Assembly (NCBI GenBank): GCA_021162685.1
Contig: JAGGYF010000026.1
Span: 21,557 to 85,556, forward strand
Source of the DNA: Candidatus Iainarchaeum sp.
Lineage (GTDB): Archaea; B1Sed10-29; WALL01
Reading direction: 5' to 3'
Length of the DNA stretch: 64,000 nucleotides
Under the pieces are notes generated by a model. That model was given only the letters and a program-made list of their open reading frames with translations. It was not told the origin of the DNA and searched no databases. Below, piece by piece: positions 24,830 through 34,627 of the stretch; positions within the stretch are counted from its first letter, which is position 1, and each line of letters opens with the position of its first letter. A program made the position numbers and the translations under genes.

Positions 24830-25105
24830 TTGAATGCTATAAATGCATACATGTTTGAGATGACAGGTATCCTAAGAGAGGGCAAGGACGGAGGGTATAT
24901 AGTAAAAGCACCAGAAACACCAGTTATACTGCTTGACAAGAAGCATGGCCCAACCCAGCAATACCTAAAAGCCTATGGAAGATCCCTAATAGGTAAAAGG
25001 GTAAACATATATATCATAGAGCAGAGGGAGAACTTCTGGATTGCTCAAATAAGCCCAGAAGAGCTAAAAAATAAGGGGTTTGGCCGAGTACAAGAAAGAA
25101 GATGA
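24830..25105 (+). CDS. Small hypothetical protein
   Basis: 91 aa ORF, no motif. Confidence 0.35.
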   Translation: MNAINAYMFEMTGILREGKDGGYIVKAPETPVILLDKKHGPTQQYLKAYGRSLIGKRVNIYIIEQRENFWIAQISPEELKNKGFGRVQERR

Positions 25106-25116
25106 AGAAGAAGATT

Positions 25117-25266
25117 TTACTTCTTCTTCACGATCAGTTTTATACCATACAAGATGGCCAAAATCGTCAGTAGGTTCACTGGCAGTGTAAACATACCTAG
25201 GTCAATCAATAGCCAGATGATACCTACTATGAGGAAGATTATTCCCCACACCATGTCGGTCTCCAT
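25117..25266 (-). CDS. Small membrane protein (49 aa), not in the ORF track
   Basis: METDMVWGIIFLIVGIIWLLIDLGMFTLPVNLLTILAILYGIKLIVKKK, read from the reverse complement; two hydrophobic helices, tandem with the next small membrane ORF. Confidence 0.3.
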   Translation of the reverse strand: METDMVWGIIFLIVGIIWLLIDLGMFTLPVNLLTILAILYGIKLIVKKK

Positions 25267-25328
25267 TGGATACCACCTCCTTTTCAAAACCACAAAAGAG
25301 AGATATATAAACCTTTCGCTTTTTTGTC

Positions 25329-25517
25329 CTACTCACTACGACTTTTGACGAATTTTGTTATATAAATGTTCAATCCAACAAAAAGCACGATAAGAAATGC
25401 AAAAATGCTCCCCAGGAGCTTTGAATCATACAACAGGTTGTAGAATGCAAGAATCAGCGCAACTATGAGTGACAGCGTGAATCTCCAGTCCTTTAATAAC
25501 GTGAAAAAGGATTTCAT
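25329..25517 (-). CDS. Small membrane protein, hypothetical
   Basis: 62 aa, two TM helices; 4-nt overlap with the upstream NFACT gene. Confidence 0.4.
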   Translation of the reverse strand: MKSFFTLLKDWRFTLSLIVALILAFYNLLYDSKLLGSIFAFLIVLFVGLNIYITKFVKSRSE

Positions 25518-26341
25518 TGGATGTCACCCCTTCCGGATGGCAATACCTGTAATATCTCATTGATGTCAATAGTTTCGCCAAACATCTCTTCAAGTCTTTG
25601 TTTTACCTTCTTTGCAAGCTCTCCCTTTGGTGTTTTTCCTGGAACAATCAGGACATGCTTTTGTTTCATTGCAGACGGTGGCGCGCTGAACGCTCTCTTC
25701 TTTTCTTTATCATAACTAACCGCGATTTCTAGACTAGTATCCCTAAACCATTGCCTCTTTCCTTCAATCACAAAACTTCCTTTTGGAAGGTACTCCCCTG
25801 GTTTTGCTGAAGTCTTCACTTGTGTTGCTTTAACTGCGTAAACATCTACCGCGCCTAAGCCCAAAGAAAATGCTTTTGAAAAGACACCTGCAAACTGGGC
25901 TGCTTCCTTTAATGTCTGTTCTGGAACATCCTTTCCTTCTGTGATAATAATTGTTGATGGAGCACCTTGGATATCTGCATGGAGGTATACATCATGCTCC
26001 TTCATATATCTTCTAACAATTGCATTGTTTGTCCTCACATCCCTACCCGCAATAACCAAAAAACCGTCTGATGAGAAAAACCAGTGGAATTTCTCATACC
26101 ACTCTCTCTGCCTACGCTCCTTTTTCTTCTTTCGTTCCTCTGGCTTTTCCTGTTTTATTTTTTTAAGTTTTTCTTCTGTTTGTTTCATTGCCTTCTTCAG
26201 TCCCTCAATCTTCCTCTTCAACTTCTTTGCCTTTTCATAATACATTGCTGCGTTCTCTGGGATTGATTTGTCTAGGTATAGCTTAATTCTCATAATCTTA
26301 TTTTTCAATACAGATGTATAAAAAGTATTGGTACCAGACAA
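25514..26341 (-). CDS. NFACT-R (DUF814) domain protein, short archaeal RqcH/Tae2-related form
   Basis: FHWFFSSDGFLVIAGRDVRTNNAIVRRYMKEHDVYLHADIQGAPSTIII segment; K/E-rich N-terminal coiled coil. Confidence 0.65.
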   Translation of the reverse strand: MSGTNTFYTSVLKNKIMRIKLYLDKSIPENAAMYYEKAKKLKRKIEGLKKAMKQTEEKLKKIKQEKPEERKKKKERRQREWYEKFHWFFSSDGFLVIAGRDVRTNNAIVRRYMKEHDVYLHADIQGAPSTIIITEGKDVPEQTLKEAAQFAGVFSKAFSLGLGAVDVYAVKATQVKTSAKPGEYLPKGSFVIEGKRQWFRDTSLEIAVSYDKEKKRAFSAPPSAMKQKHVLIVPGKTPKGELAKKVKQRLEEMFGETIDINEILQVLPSGRGDIQ

Positions 26342-27021
26342 AACAATTAAATATCTCCTTGTGTTCTTCTCATTTTATGACATATTGGGCAGTAGTACAG
26401 TTTATTGCAATAATTGTGTTTGGATTCTTCCTAATAAAGCTAAGAAAAAATTTGAATCTGAAAGCAAAACTTTTCTTCTTTTTGAGTGTGTTTTGTTTCT
26501 TCCTCTGGAGCATATGTAGTTTTGCATACAAGTTCGTGGTGAGGGACATAGCCATTGCGAATGTGATTATTAGTTTTGAATTTGTTGTTGTAAGTTTTGT
26601 TCCTGTATTTTGGTGCCTCACTGCACATTATTTGAGAACCGAGAGAATAAACGTAAAGGAAGCAGTGTTTTATGCTCTCCCACTATACCTCTTGCCAATA
26701 ATGCTTGTTTTGCATCCATTCAGCGTAAAAGTAACGCAATTCGGATTCCAATCATACATCGCTCCACCATACAATACCATATGGACATTAGTAGAAGCAA
26801 TACCTGCTATATATGCATCCTACAAGTTATTTCAAATAAGCAAAGTCGTTTCTGAAGAAAAAGCGAAAAAACTTAAAAGACTGCTCAATGGGATGATACT
26901 AGCAGTAATTACTGGTGCAGTAATAGCTGTTGCAAAACAGTTTTTTATCATGCCAGGCATAACAATAATCTCGCCATTGATTTTTGTCTTGTATGTCTAT
27001 AAGATTTTTGGAAGGGATTGA
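26314..27021 (+). CDS. Polytopic membrane protein, hypothetical
   Basis: At least six hydrophobic helices; true start may be an internal Met. Confidence 0.45.
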   Translation: MYKKYWYQTKQLNISLCSSHFMTYWAVVQFIAIIVFGFFLIKLRKNLNLKAKLFFFLSVFCFFLWSICSFAYKFVVRDIAIANVIISFEFVVVSFVPVFWCLTAHYLRTERINVKEAVFYALPLYLLPIMLVLHPFSVKVTQFGFQSYIAPPYNTIWTLVEAIPAIYASYKLFQISKVVSEEKAKKLKRLLNGMILAVITGAVIAVAKQFFIMPGITIISPLIFVLYVYKIFGRD

Positions 27022-27025
27022 AGCG

Positions 27026-29053
27026 CTATGTCTTTTTCTTCCTCCAATTCTTTTTTGTCTCGCAGTTTACATCTAAACACATTTCATAACTTCTCTTCCC
27101 CAAAATTATTTTAACAATTGGTGTCCCACACTTCTCACATATCTTTCCTGTTGGGATTGCTTTGCCTCTTTGTGGCAATGGGTATGAAACATTGCACTTT
27201 GGGTAGTTGGTACACCCAACAAATCTCTTTTTTGTTTTCTTTGATGTTATAATGCGAAGGTCTCCTCCACACTTGCATTTTCCAACAACACTAGTATCAA
27301 CTGCCGCTGTACGTAATTCCTCACCTATGCCCATATAGTTGTTGCTCAATTCCTTCAACACCTTTTCTAACATCTTCCTTGAATCCTTGACTACATGTTC
27401 CTTTTTCTTCTTTCCATTTTCTATCTGTTCCATCTCTCTTTCCAGCTCTGCGGTCATCTTAGGAGAGGTTATATCGGGTGCATGTTTTTCAAGTGCATTT
27501 ATTACAGCTATTGCAATATCTGTTGGTGTGTAATTCTTTGTTCCGTGTATGTAATGCCTGCTGATCAATTTCTTTATTATCTCTGGTCTTGTGCTCTTTG
27601 TCCCGAGATTTTTGGCTTCCATCTCCTTGATAAGTGACGCAGGTGTGTACAGTGGCTTTGGTTTTGTCTGTTTCTCTAGTAGATTGAGCTTCTTCAACAG
27701 TACTTCTTCACCGCGAGAAAGTTCTGGAAGTATACTCTCCTTCACAGTTGAGTATGGGTAAAACTCCTTCCACCCTGCATCAATAATGGTTTGTCCATTT
27801 GCTACAAATGGTTCTTTCTCAACATCTATTTCAGCCCTTATTGTATTCAACCTGCAATCAGGAGCAAGTGTAGCAAAAAACCTTCTGACGATAAGTTCAT
27901 AGATTTTCCATGAATGCACATCAAGAGACTTTCTTGATGCCAAACCAACAGGATGGATTGGGGGGTGGTCTGTTGTTTTCTTTTTGCCTTTTGTTGGAAC
28001 AATCTTTTTCTGTGAGAGAATCTTTTTTGCTGGATCCCCAAATTCCTTATGTTCAGAAAACATTTTCAATATGGATTTTATCTTTATAGAAGGAGGATAA
28101 TGCGTGTTATCCGTTCTTGGATAGCTTATAAGTCCTGATTGATATAGCTGCTCAGCAATATCCATAGCTTTTGATGGAGTAATCCCAATGGCACTTGCTG
28201 CTCTCAAAAACTCTGTTGTGTTAAATGGTGTTGGTGGTTTTAACTTCTTCTCCCTCTTTGTTATTTTAGTGACAATGCCGTATTTCGCGCTCTTTAATTT
28301 TTTGTATATCTGCTCGGGTTTCTCCCAGAACTTGTCTGTTTTGTGTGTTGCCTCAAAATCTATATCCTTGTGGAATATTGCACTCAATACCCAGTATGTT
28401 TTTGGCTTAAATGCTTTTCTCTCCTTATCTCTATCTACAATCATTGCAAGTGTCGGTGTTTGCACCCTCCCAACACTTAAAAACTGGTTTCCAAGGCGAC
28501 CAGATGTTAAAGATATGAACCTTGTCAGCACTGCTCCCCATATCAAATCTATTTCTCTCCTGGTATCAGCCGCATCAGCTAAGTTCTGGTTAAAGTCAAC
28601 CAAATGTTTGAATGCATGCTCCACTTCCTCTGGAGTGATGGCTGAAAACTTCGCTCTGTCTACTTTAACATCTGGATTTATTTCAGTAATTATCCTTATT
28701 GCTTCTCTCCCAATTGATTCTCCCTCAGTATCATAGTCAGTAGCAATTGTAATATGAGTAACCTTTGGCGCGTAATGTTTCAAAAGTTTTACAATGTTAT
28801 GTGCCGCTGGTTTGTATTGCAAAGGAGCATCAACCAATTGATGTAGATTTATTTTTCTCCAATCATTATATTGTTCTGGATAATCAACATTTAGGATATG
28901 CCCCCTTAACGGAAATACTATTGTATTATTTCCTATATCAAACAAAGAGATGCTTCCATGTTTTATCTCCTTCATCTTCCCCTTAGAAAGTATCTCAGCA
29001 ATCCTCCTAGCAGCTATAGCCTTTTCTGCTATTATCAATCTCATTTCAAACAC
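27026..29053 (-). CDS. topA: Type IA DNA topoisomerase (archaeal Topo I/III) with C-terminal zinc ribbons
   Basis: N-terminal Toprim (MRLIIAEKAIAARRIAEIL), C-terminal Cys4 ribbons (CKCGGDL...CTNYPKC; CEKCGTP...C); 675 aa. Confidence 0.85.
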   Translation of the reverse strand: MFEMRLIIAEKAIAARRIAEILSKGKMKEIKHGSISLFDIGNNTIVFPLRGHILNVDYPEQYNDWRKINLHQLVDAPLQYKPAAHNIVKLLKHYAPKVTHITIATDYDTEGESIGREAIRIITEINPDVKVDRAKFSAITPEEVEHAFKHLVDFNQNLADAADTRREIDLIWGAVLTRFISLTSGRLGNQFLSVGRVQTPTLAMIVDRDKERKAFKPKTYWVLSAIFHKDIDFEATHKTDKFWEKPEQIYKKLKSAKYGIVTKITKREKKLKPPTPFNTTEFLRAASAIGITPSKAMDIAEQLYQSGLISYPRTDNTHYPPSIKIKSILKMFSEHKEFGDPAKKILSQKKIVPTKGKKKTTDHPPIHPVGLASRKSLDVHSWKIYELIVRRFFATLAPDCRLNTIRAEIDVEKEPFVANGQTIIDAGWKEFYPYSTVKESILPELSRGEEVLLKKLNLLEKQTKPKPLYTPASLIKEMEAKNLGTKSTRPEIIKKLISRHYIHGTKNYTPTDIAIAVINALEKHAPDITSPKMTAELEREMEQIENGKKKKEHVVKDSRKMLEKVLKELSNNYMGIGEELRTAAVDTSVVGKCKCGGDLRIITSKKTKKRFVGCTNYPKCNVSYPLPQRGKAIPTGKICEKCGTPIVKIILGKRSYEMCLDVNCETKKNWRKKKT

Positions 29054-30645
29054 GCCTTCAAGAATCCGTAAAACAGTGGGGCAGGACTATCAAGCCTTGA
29101 TTTGAACTCTGGGTGTGCCTGCGTTCCAACAAAGAACTTATGGTCAGGAATCTCAAGGAACTCCATAAGCTTACCATCAGGACTTCTCCCAGAAAATACG
29201 AGACCATGTTTTTCAAGTATCTCAATATAATCTGGATTCACCTCATACCTATGCCTATGCCTCTCAGAAACTTCTGTTTTGCCATATAGTGATGCTACAA
29301 TGGAGCCCTCCTTTAGTATTGCTGGATATGCTCCCAACCTCATTGTCCCTCCCTTTTCATCTATCTCCTTCTGTTCTGGAATGATGTCTATAACAGGATA
29401 CTTTGTGTTCGGTTCTATCTCCGTGGAGTGTGCTCCCTCCAGACCACATACATTTCTCGCAAATTCTATAACTGCCATCTGGAATCCAAAACAAAGCCCA
29501 AGATAGGGGATATTGTTCTCTCGGGCGTATTGTATGCACTTTATCTTTCCTTCTGTTCCACGGCTTCCAAATCCGCCAGGAACAATAATCCCATCAACAT
29601 CTTTTAACACATCTGCGATGGAGGCTTTTCCATTTTCTATATCTGTTGTCTCAATCCACTTTATATTTGCTTTTGCTTTTAGGTGAGCACCAGAATGGAT
29701 AAGTGCCTCTTTGATGGAAACATAGGAATCTGCAAGTGCTGTGTACTTTCCAGTAATTGCGATCGTTACCTCTTTTTCTGGATTTTTGATGTTATCTACA
29801 AGTTTGCTCCAATCTTCCATATGTTTTTCTCTAACAGGAAGTTGTAATTCATTCAAAACTTTTTCTGAAAAGTTCTCCTCATCAAGCACAAATGGTACCT
29901 CATATATTGTCTTACAATCATGATCAGAGATGACATTTGATTCCTTCACATTACAATACAATGCTATCTTCCTCCTTGGGCCATCCTTTAATGGTTCCTC
30001 AATCCTACAAACAACAAAATCTGGTTGTACTCCCATATGCAGAAGTTCCCTAACAGATGCCTGTGTTGGTTTTGTTTTTTGCTCACCGACAACTTTGAGT
30101 ATTGGTACTAACGTTACATGAATAAAGAGTACATTGTTCTCTCCTTCTTCAAGCTTCAATTGCCTCATTGCCTCAACAAAATAGGAATTCTCTATATCTC
30201 CGATTGTCCCACCAACCTCTATAATTACTATGTCTGCATTGGACTCTTTTCCAACCTTCCTAACCCACTCCTTTATCTCACCTGTAACATGTGGAATAAA
30301 TTGTACATCAACGCCGAGATACTCCCCCCTCCTCTCCTTCTTTAATACAAGATTGAATATTTTGCCACCTGTTGGGTTATTGTAGTAATTCATTGTTACA
30401 TCAAGGAACCTCTCATAATTCCCGAGGTCCATATCACATTCTGTACCATCATCCAAAACAAAGACCTCACCGTGTCTTAATGGATTCATTGTGCCAGCAT
30501 CTACATTGAGATATCCATCAAACTTTATTGGTGTGACATTGTACCCTCTTGCTTTTAGTAGTTTTCCGAGGGAGGATGTGACAATCCCCTTGCCCAATCC
30601 ACTCAATACTCCGCCAGTAACAACAATAAATTTCATATAAATCAC
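29041..30645 (-). CDS. pyrG: CTP synthase
   Basis: MKFIVVTGGVLSGLGKGI N-terminus; GATase domain (GLCFGFQMAVIE); 534 aa. Confidence 0.9.
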   Translation of the reverse strand: MIYMKFIVVTGGVLSGLGKGIVTSSLGKLLKARGYNVTPIKFDGYLNVDAGTMNPLRHGEVFVLDDGTECDMDLGNYERFLDVTMNYYNNPTGGKIFNLVLKKERRGEYLGVDVQFIPHVTGEIKEWVRKVGKESNADIVIIEVGGTIGDIENSYFVEAMRQLKLEEGENNVLFIHVTLVPILKVVGEQKTKPTQASVRELLHMGVQPDFVVCRIEEPLKDGPRRKIALYCNVKESNVISDHDCKTIYEVPFVLDEENFSEKVLNELQLPVREKHMEDWSKLVDNIKNPEKEVTIAITGKYTALADSYVSIKEALIHSGAHLKAKANIKWIETTDIENGKASIADVLKDVDGIIVPGGFGSRGTEGKIKCIQYARENNIPYLGLCFGFQMAVIEFARNVCGLEGAHSTEIEPNTKYPVIDIIPEQKEIDEKGGTMRLGAYPAILKEGSIVASLYGKTEVSERHRHRYEVNPDYIEILEKHGLVFSGRSPDGKLMEFLEIPDHKFFVGTQAHPEFKSRLDSPAPLFYGFLKACLK

Positions 30646-31388
30646 TTCAATCCACTTAATAGAAGCTTGTAACGTGTGAGGTATATGTTTGCTTTTAGTA
30701 TTTCTAGGTATGGTATGACAAACAGGAATATGATTGTTGCGTTTATTATGGATGATAACCAGAATATTTTAAACTGGCCAATTATGACGTCTATGAGGAC
30801 AAGTACGAAAAGCAGAATGAGGGTTACAGCATAATAGAATATTACTGCTAATGGTCTTTTTGTACAATATCTTGTTGAATCTCTTAATGCGTCTACAAAC
30901 TTTTTATCTTTTAGGATCATGGATTGAGGAAGGAAGATGAAAAATGCCCAGAGAAGAAGCATGGACAATGCTGTTATGATTGGTGGTAAGGACAACACGT
31001 TGAATAGCAACCCAATAATGAATGTGATTACTCCAAGGATAATCCATGCCACCATGAGGTTGATTACATACTCTGGAAAATGAGCCAATAGTTTCACAAA
31101 TCCAATATCATCCATGGACCTCTTGAATTTCACAATAAGAGTGACTGCTGTGCTAAGAAACGCAAGTGAGAATATACTAACCAGTGAGACGAGCCCATAT
31201 ATGATAAGACCAGGTGGGCTTATAGAGCCTGTTATGATATCTTGATATCTTATAAATCCAGCACCTGCAACAACATATGTAAAGAAACTCATGAGGAAGA
31301 GCATAACTGCCAAAACCATGAATCCAAACACTGCTATAAGTCTTATGCTCTCAAAAAAAGTCTCAAGACTATCCCACAAAATCTTCAT
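30642..31388 (-). CDS. Polytopic membrane protein, hypothetical
   Basis: 248 aa, six or more TM helices; 4-nt overlap with pyrG. Confidence 0.45.
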   Translation of the reverse strand: MKILWDSLETFFESIRLIAVFGFMVLAVMLFLMSFFTYVVAGAGFIRYQDIITGSISPPGLIIYGLVSLVSIFSLAFLSTAVTLIVKFKRSMDDIGFVKLLAHFPEYVINLMVAWIILGVITFIIGLLFNVLSLPPIITALSMLLLWAFFIFLPQSMILKDKKFVDALRDSTRYCTKRPLAVIFYYAVTLILLFVLVLIDVIIGQFKIFWLSSIINATIIFLFVIPYLEILKANIYLTRYKLLLSGLK

Positions 31389-31449
31389 GCCTAGTTTTTG
31401 ATGAATAGTTTATATAAACTTTTAAGGTGTTTGCAAAAATAGGTGAGAA

Positions 31450-31467
31450 GGCCTCCTATGGGAGGCC
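31450..31467. terminator. GC-rich hairpin (GGCCTCC-TATG-GGAGGCC) between two minus-strand genes; candidate terminator
   Basis: Perfect 7-bp GC stem in an AT-rich spacer about 50 nt past the MtaB-like stop; T-runs on both sides (TTCTCACCTATTTTTG on the minus strand; T6 at 31495..31500 on the plus strand). Confidence 0.3.
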
Positions 31468-31518
31468 CATCTCTTGTGTTGGGTGGGCTTGCAATGTTTT
31501 TTGGTTTAAACATATATA

Positions 31519-32784
31519 TTATTTTCTGAACAAATGTTCAATCTTGCCCTCTAAGTAAGAGGGATGCGCTTTAACAACTTTTATCCTATATTTATTGCCT
31601 AATTTGGCTTTTTTTACAATTATTTGCTTATAATTCGGTGCTCTTGCGATAAAATTGCCTTTTTTCCCTTTTTCTGTCACAAATACATTCCATTCTTTTC
31701 CTATATACCTCTTATTTTGCTCAAAGGATATCCTCCTGCAAACATCAGAGCATATAACGCTCCTCTTCTTTATCACCTCAGTTGGAATCTTCTTCATCCT
31801 TGACGCCTCTGTATTTGGCCTGGGATAGAACTTAGATATATTTGTTATATCGGGCCTTGTTTCCTTGAGGAGTTCAATGGTTTGCATGAAGTCTTCCTCT
31901 GTCTCACCAGGAAACCCTATGATAACATCTGTTGAGATACTTATGTCCTTGTATCTCTCTCTGAACATATGTACAATCTGTTTAAAAGTGTCTTTGTCAT
32001 ATTTTCTTCTCATTGCTTTGAGTATTTTGTTACTTCCAGATTGTACGGGTAGATGAACGAATTTATACACCTTTTTATGGGAAAACGCCTTGAGGAGCTC
32101 TGGCATCAGTTCATACGCAGCATTAGGATTCATCATGCCTATCCTTATCTTAAAATCACCTGGAATAGAAACGATCTCATCAACAAGCTCTATGATATTG
32201 GTGCCTATGTCTTTTCCATAGACCCCGCAATCCTGCGATGTTAACTGTATCTCTATTGCACCATGATTCAATGCGTTCTCACATGCCGACCGTATATCCT
32301 TTATGGAGTAACTTTTCAGTGTTCCTCTTGAAAACCTAACTCCACAGTATGTACAACTGCCAAGACAACCAGTAGAAATAGGAATTGGTGCTGTCAGTCC
32401 TTTATGCACCATTGGGAAGAGCAATTTTTCTTCTGGTCTGTTTGAAAAGAATTCTCCTTCCGCACCTTTTAGAATATCTGGTATTCTTGAGAAGGAGTTT
32501 ACATCCAGAAGTGTACAATCAGAAACCTTTCTTATCTCCTTTTTGTTTATCTTTGGTAGACATCCGCAAACAACAAGTCTTTTTCCAAGTCTATCTAATT
32601 GTTTTATTCTGTGTATCATCCTCCGCTCTGTTGGTAGTTTCACAGCACATGTATTCAGGAATATGATGTCTGCCTTCTCTGGTGTTGAGACAATCTTTAC
32701 ACCTTGCTTCCTAAGAATGCCCTCTATGATCATAGAATCTGCTTTGTTTAATGTACACCCGTATGTCTCTATATATGCCTTCAT
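31519..32784 (-). CDS. MiaB/MtaB-family radical-SAM methylthiotransferase (archaeal e-MtaB/CDKAL1-like)
   Basis: UPF0004 N-domain (YGCTLNKADS), radical SAM CxxxCxxC (CLGSCTYCG), C-terminal TRAM-like region; 421 aa. Confidence 0.8.
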   Translation of the reverse strand: MKAYIETYGCTLNKADSMIIEGILRKQGVKIVSTPEKADIIFLNTCAVKLPTERRMIHRIKQLDRLGKRLVVCGCLPKINKKEIRKVSDCTLLDVNSFSRIPDILKGAEGEFFSNRPEEKLLFPMVHKGLTAPIPISTGCLGSCTYCGVRFSRGTLKSYSIKDIRSACENALNHGAIEIQLTSQDCGVYGKDIGTNIIELVDEIVSIPGDFKIRIGMMNPNAAYELMPELLKAFSHKKVYKFVHLPVQSGSNKILKAMRRKYDKDTFKQIVHMFRERYKDISISTDVIIGFPGETEEDFMQTIELLKETRPDITNISKFYPRPNTEASRMKKIPTEVIKKRSVICSDVCRRISFEQNKRYIGKEWNVFVTEKGKKGNFIARAPNYKQIIVKKAKLGNKYRIKVVKAHPSYLEGKIEHLFRK

Positions 32785-32821
32785 AGGAATAGGTTATGAA
32801 AAAGAGGATATAAAAATAACA

Positions 32822-33223
32822 CTACAAACCAAGGAGGTTAATCTCCTTGTGCTCTATGTAATACATAATCCAATTCATAATATTGCCAACAACAAACGAT
32901 AGCAAGAGCATGCCAAAAGGATAACAAGGTGGTTGAGTGCACCATGTTGTTGATATGAATATCGCGGGAAGGAAGTGTCCAGTAAACATAAACAGGCTGA
33001 GCAAAATGCCAAAAAACCCCGCGAACAGGACGAGCAGTGGCAGCCATATTGTTCTGCTATACTTTGAAACCTTCTCAAAGAGCTCTGGGGCAACAATGCC
33101 CATAAGTAGGAATCCAAGTGAGATTAAAACCAATGGTAAAACAAATAGGTTTGATATGTAGTGAACTCCTGCTACGATAATAGCACCTATGATGATACCA
33201 AGAACAGTATATGTTGATTTCAT
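32822..33223 (-). CDS. Small polytopic membrane protein, hypothetical
   Basis: 133 aa, four hydrophobic helices. Confidence 0.4.
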   Translation of the reverse strand: MKSTYTVLGIIIGAIIVAGVHYISNLFVLPLVLISLGFLLMGIVAPELFEKVSKYSRTIWLPLLVLFAGFFGILLSLFMFTGHFLPAIFISTTWCTQPPCYPFGMLLLSFVVGNIMNWIMYYIEHKEINLLGL

Positions 33224-33227
33224 AGCA

Positions 33228-33614
33228 TCACTTTTTCAGTTTAACTGCTGTGCCATATGCAAATATGTCTATTGTGCCTGGGATAACCTGTGCTGTTCCC
33301 ATTCTGACACCAACTATTGCATCTGCACCTATTGCCTTCGCATTCTTGACCATGCGGTGTATAACATATCTGCGCGCATCGTTTATCATCCTCGTATAAG
33401 GCCAGATTTCCCCACCAAGTAATGTTCTGAGAGCTGCAATAATATCATGTCCCAAAAACTTTGCCTGGACTGTTGTCCCCCAAACAAATCCTATATACTC
33501 ATCTATCTCATGACCAGGAACAAAGTCTGTGGTTAGAACAGGTATGCCCTCAATCCTTTTCTTTTTCTTTTTTTCTTTTTTTGCAGCCATATTATCCCCA
33601 CTCTTTTTACCCAA
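33228..33614 (-). CDS. YbjQ/UPF0145-family protein with a lysine-rich N-terminal extension
   Basis: IPVLTTDFVPGHEIDEYIGFVWG...AIGADAIVGVR pattern characteristic of YbjQ (DUF74). Confidence 0.65.
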   Translation of the reverse strand: MGKKSGDNMAAKKEKKKKKRIEGIPVLTTDFVPGHEIDEYIGFVWGTTVQAKFLGHDIIAALRTLLGGEIWPYTRMINDARRYVIHRMVKNAKAIGADAIVGVRMGTAQVIPGTIDIFAYGTAVKLKK

Positions 33615-33661
33615 TTATGTTTTATATATGTTTGCCTTTAATAGTTATTGGAGCTGGTTGT

Positions 33662-34627
33662 ATGGAGATGGATCTGCCGTGGGTTGAGAAATACAGACCA
33701 AAGAAATTAAAGGAGGTTGTTGGACAGGAGGAGATTGTAAAACGTCTTGAGACCTATGCAAAAGAGAAGAATATGCCATCGCTACTTTTTGCAGGTAGGG
33801 CAGGTGTTGGAAAAACTGCATGTGCCCTAGCATTAGCAAATGAACTGTATGGGGATGCAGTGGAACAAAACTTCTTAGAACTTAATGCTAGTGATGAGAG
33901 AGGTATAGATGTGATAAGAGGCAAGATAAAGGATTTTGCTGGGACACTGGCATTTGGTGGGGCTCCGTTTAAGATTATATTCTTAGATGAGAGTGACTCT
34001 CTTACAAGAGATGCACAAAATGCACTAAGAAGAACAATGGAAAAGTTCTCAAGAACATGTCGCTTTATTTTGTCATGTAACTATTCAAGTAAAATTATTG
34101 AACCCATCCAATCCAGATGTGCGCTGTTTAGATTCTCCCCATTAACAGATGAACAGATAAAAAAGAGGTTGGAGTATATTGCAAAACATGAAGGACTGCA
34201 CGTTGACAAAAAGGCGTACGACGCAATAATATACGTAGCAGAAGGAGATATGAGAAAGGCAATAAACACGCTCCAGGTTGCAAGCACACTCACAAAGAAG
34301 ATTACAGAAGACGTTGTGTACAAGGTTGCTGCGAGAGCAAAACCAGAGGAGATAAAAAAGATGATAGAGCTTGCGATGGAAGGAAAGTTCTTGGATGCCA
34401 GAAAACAATTGGACATATTGGTGTATGATTACTCGCTATCTGCTGAGGATATACTACTTCAGGTATATAGAGAGGTAGTTAATTCAGATAAAATACCAGA
34501 TGAGAAAAAGGTTGAACTTATTGATAGGATAGGGGAGACACATTTCAGGGTCACAGAGGGGAGTAATGAACGGATACAGTTAGAGGCGTTTTTGGCGCAG
34601 TTAGTTTTAACGAGCAAGAAGAAATGA
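33662..34627 (+). CDS. rfcS: Replication factor C small subunit
   Basis: Start trimmed to MEMDLPWVEKYRPKKLKEVVGQEE (RFC box II). Walker A GRAGVGKT, Walker B FLDESD, SRC motif (SRCA). The track start at 33461 would overlap the opposite-strand gene. Confidence 0.85.
   Translation: MEMDLPWVEKYRPKKLKEVVGQEEIVKRLETYAKEKNMPSLLFAGRAGVGKTACALALANELYGDAVEQNFLELNASDERGIDVIRGKIKDFAGTLAFGGAPFKIIFLDESDSLTRDAQNALRRTMEKFSRTCRFILSCNYSSKIIEPIQSRCALFRFSPLTDEQIKKRLEYIAKHEGLHVDKKAYDAIIYVAEGDMRKAINTLQVASTLTKKITEDVVYKVAARAKPEEIKKMIELAMEGKFLDARKQLDILVYDYSLSAEDILLQVYREVVNSDKIPDEKKVELIDRIGETHFRVTEGSNERIQLEAFLAQLVLTSKKK

Noticed and set aside
33461-33661. Upstream 67-codon extension of the RfcS ORF
   Set aside because: It overlaps the opposite-strand YbjQ-like gene and contains no RFC-like sequence. 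The conserved RFC N-terminus begins at MEMDLPWVEKYRPK (33662).
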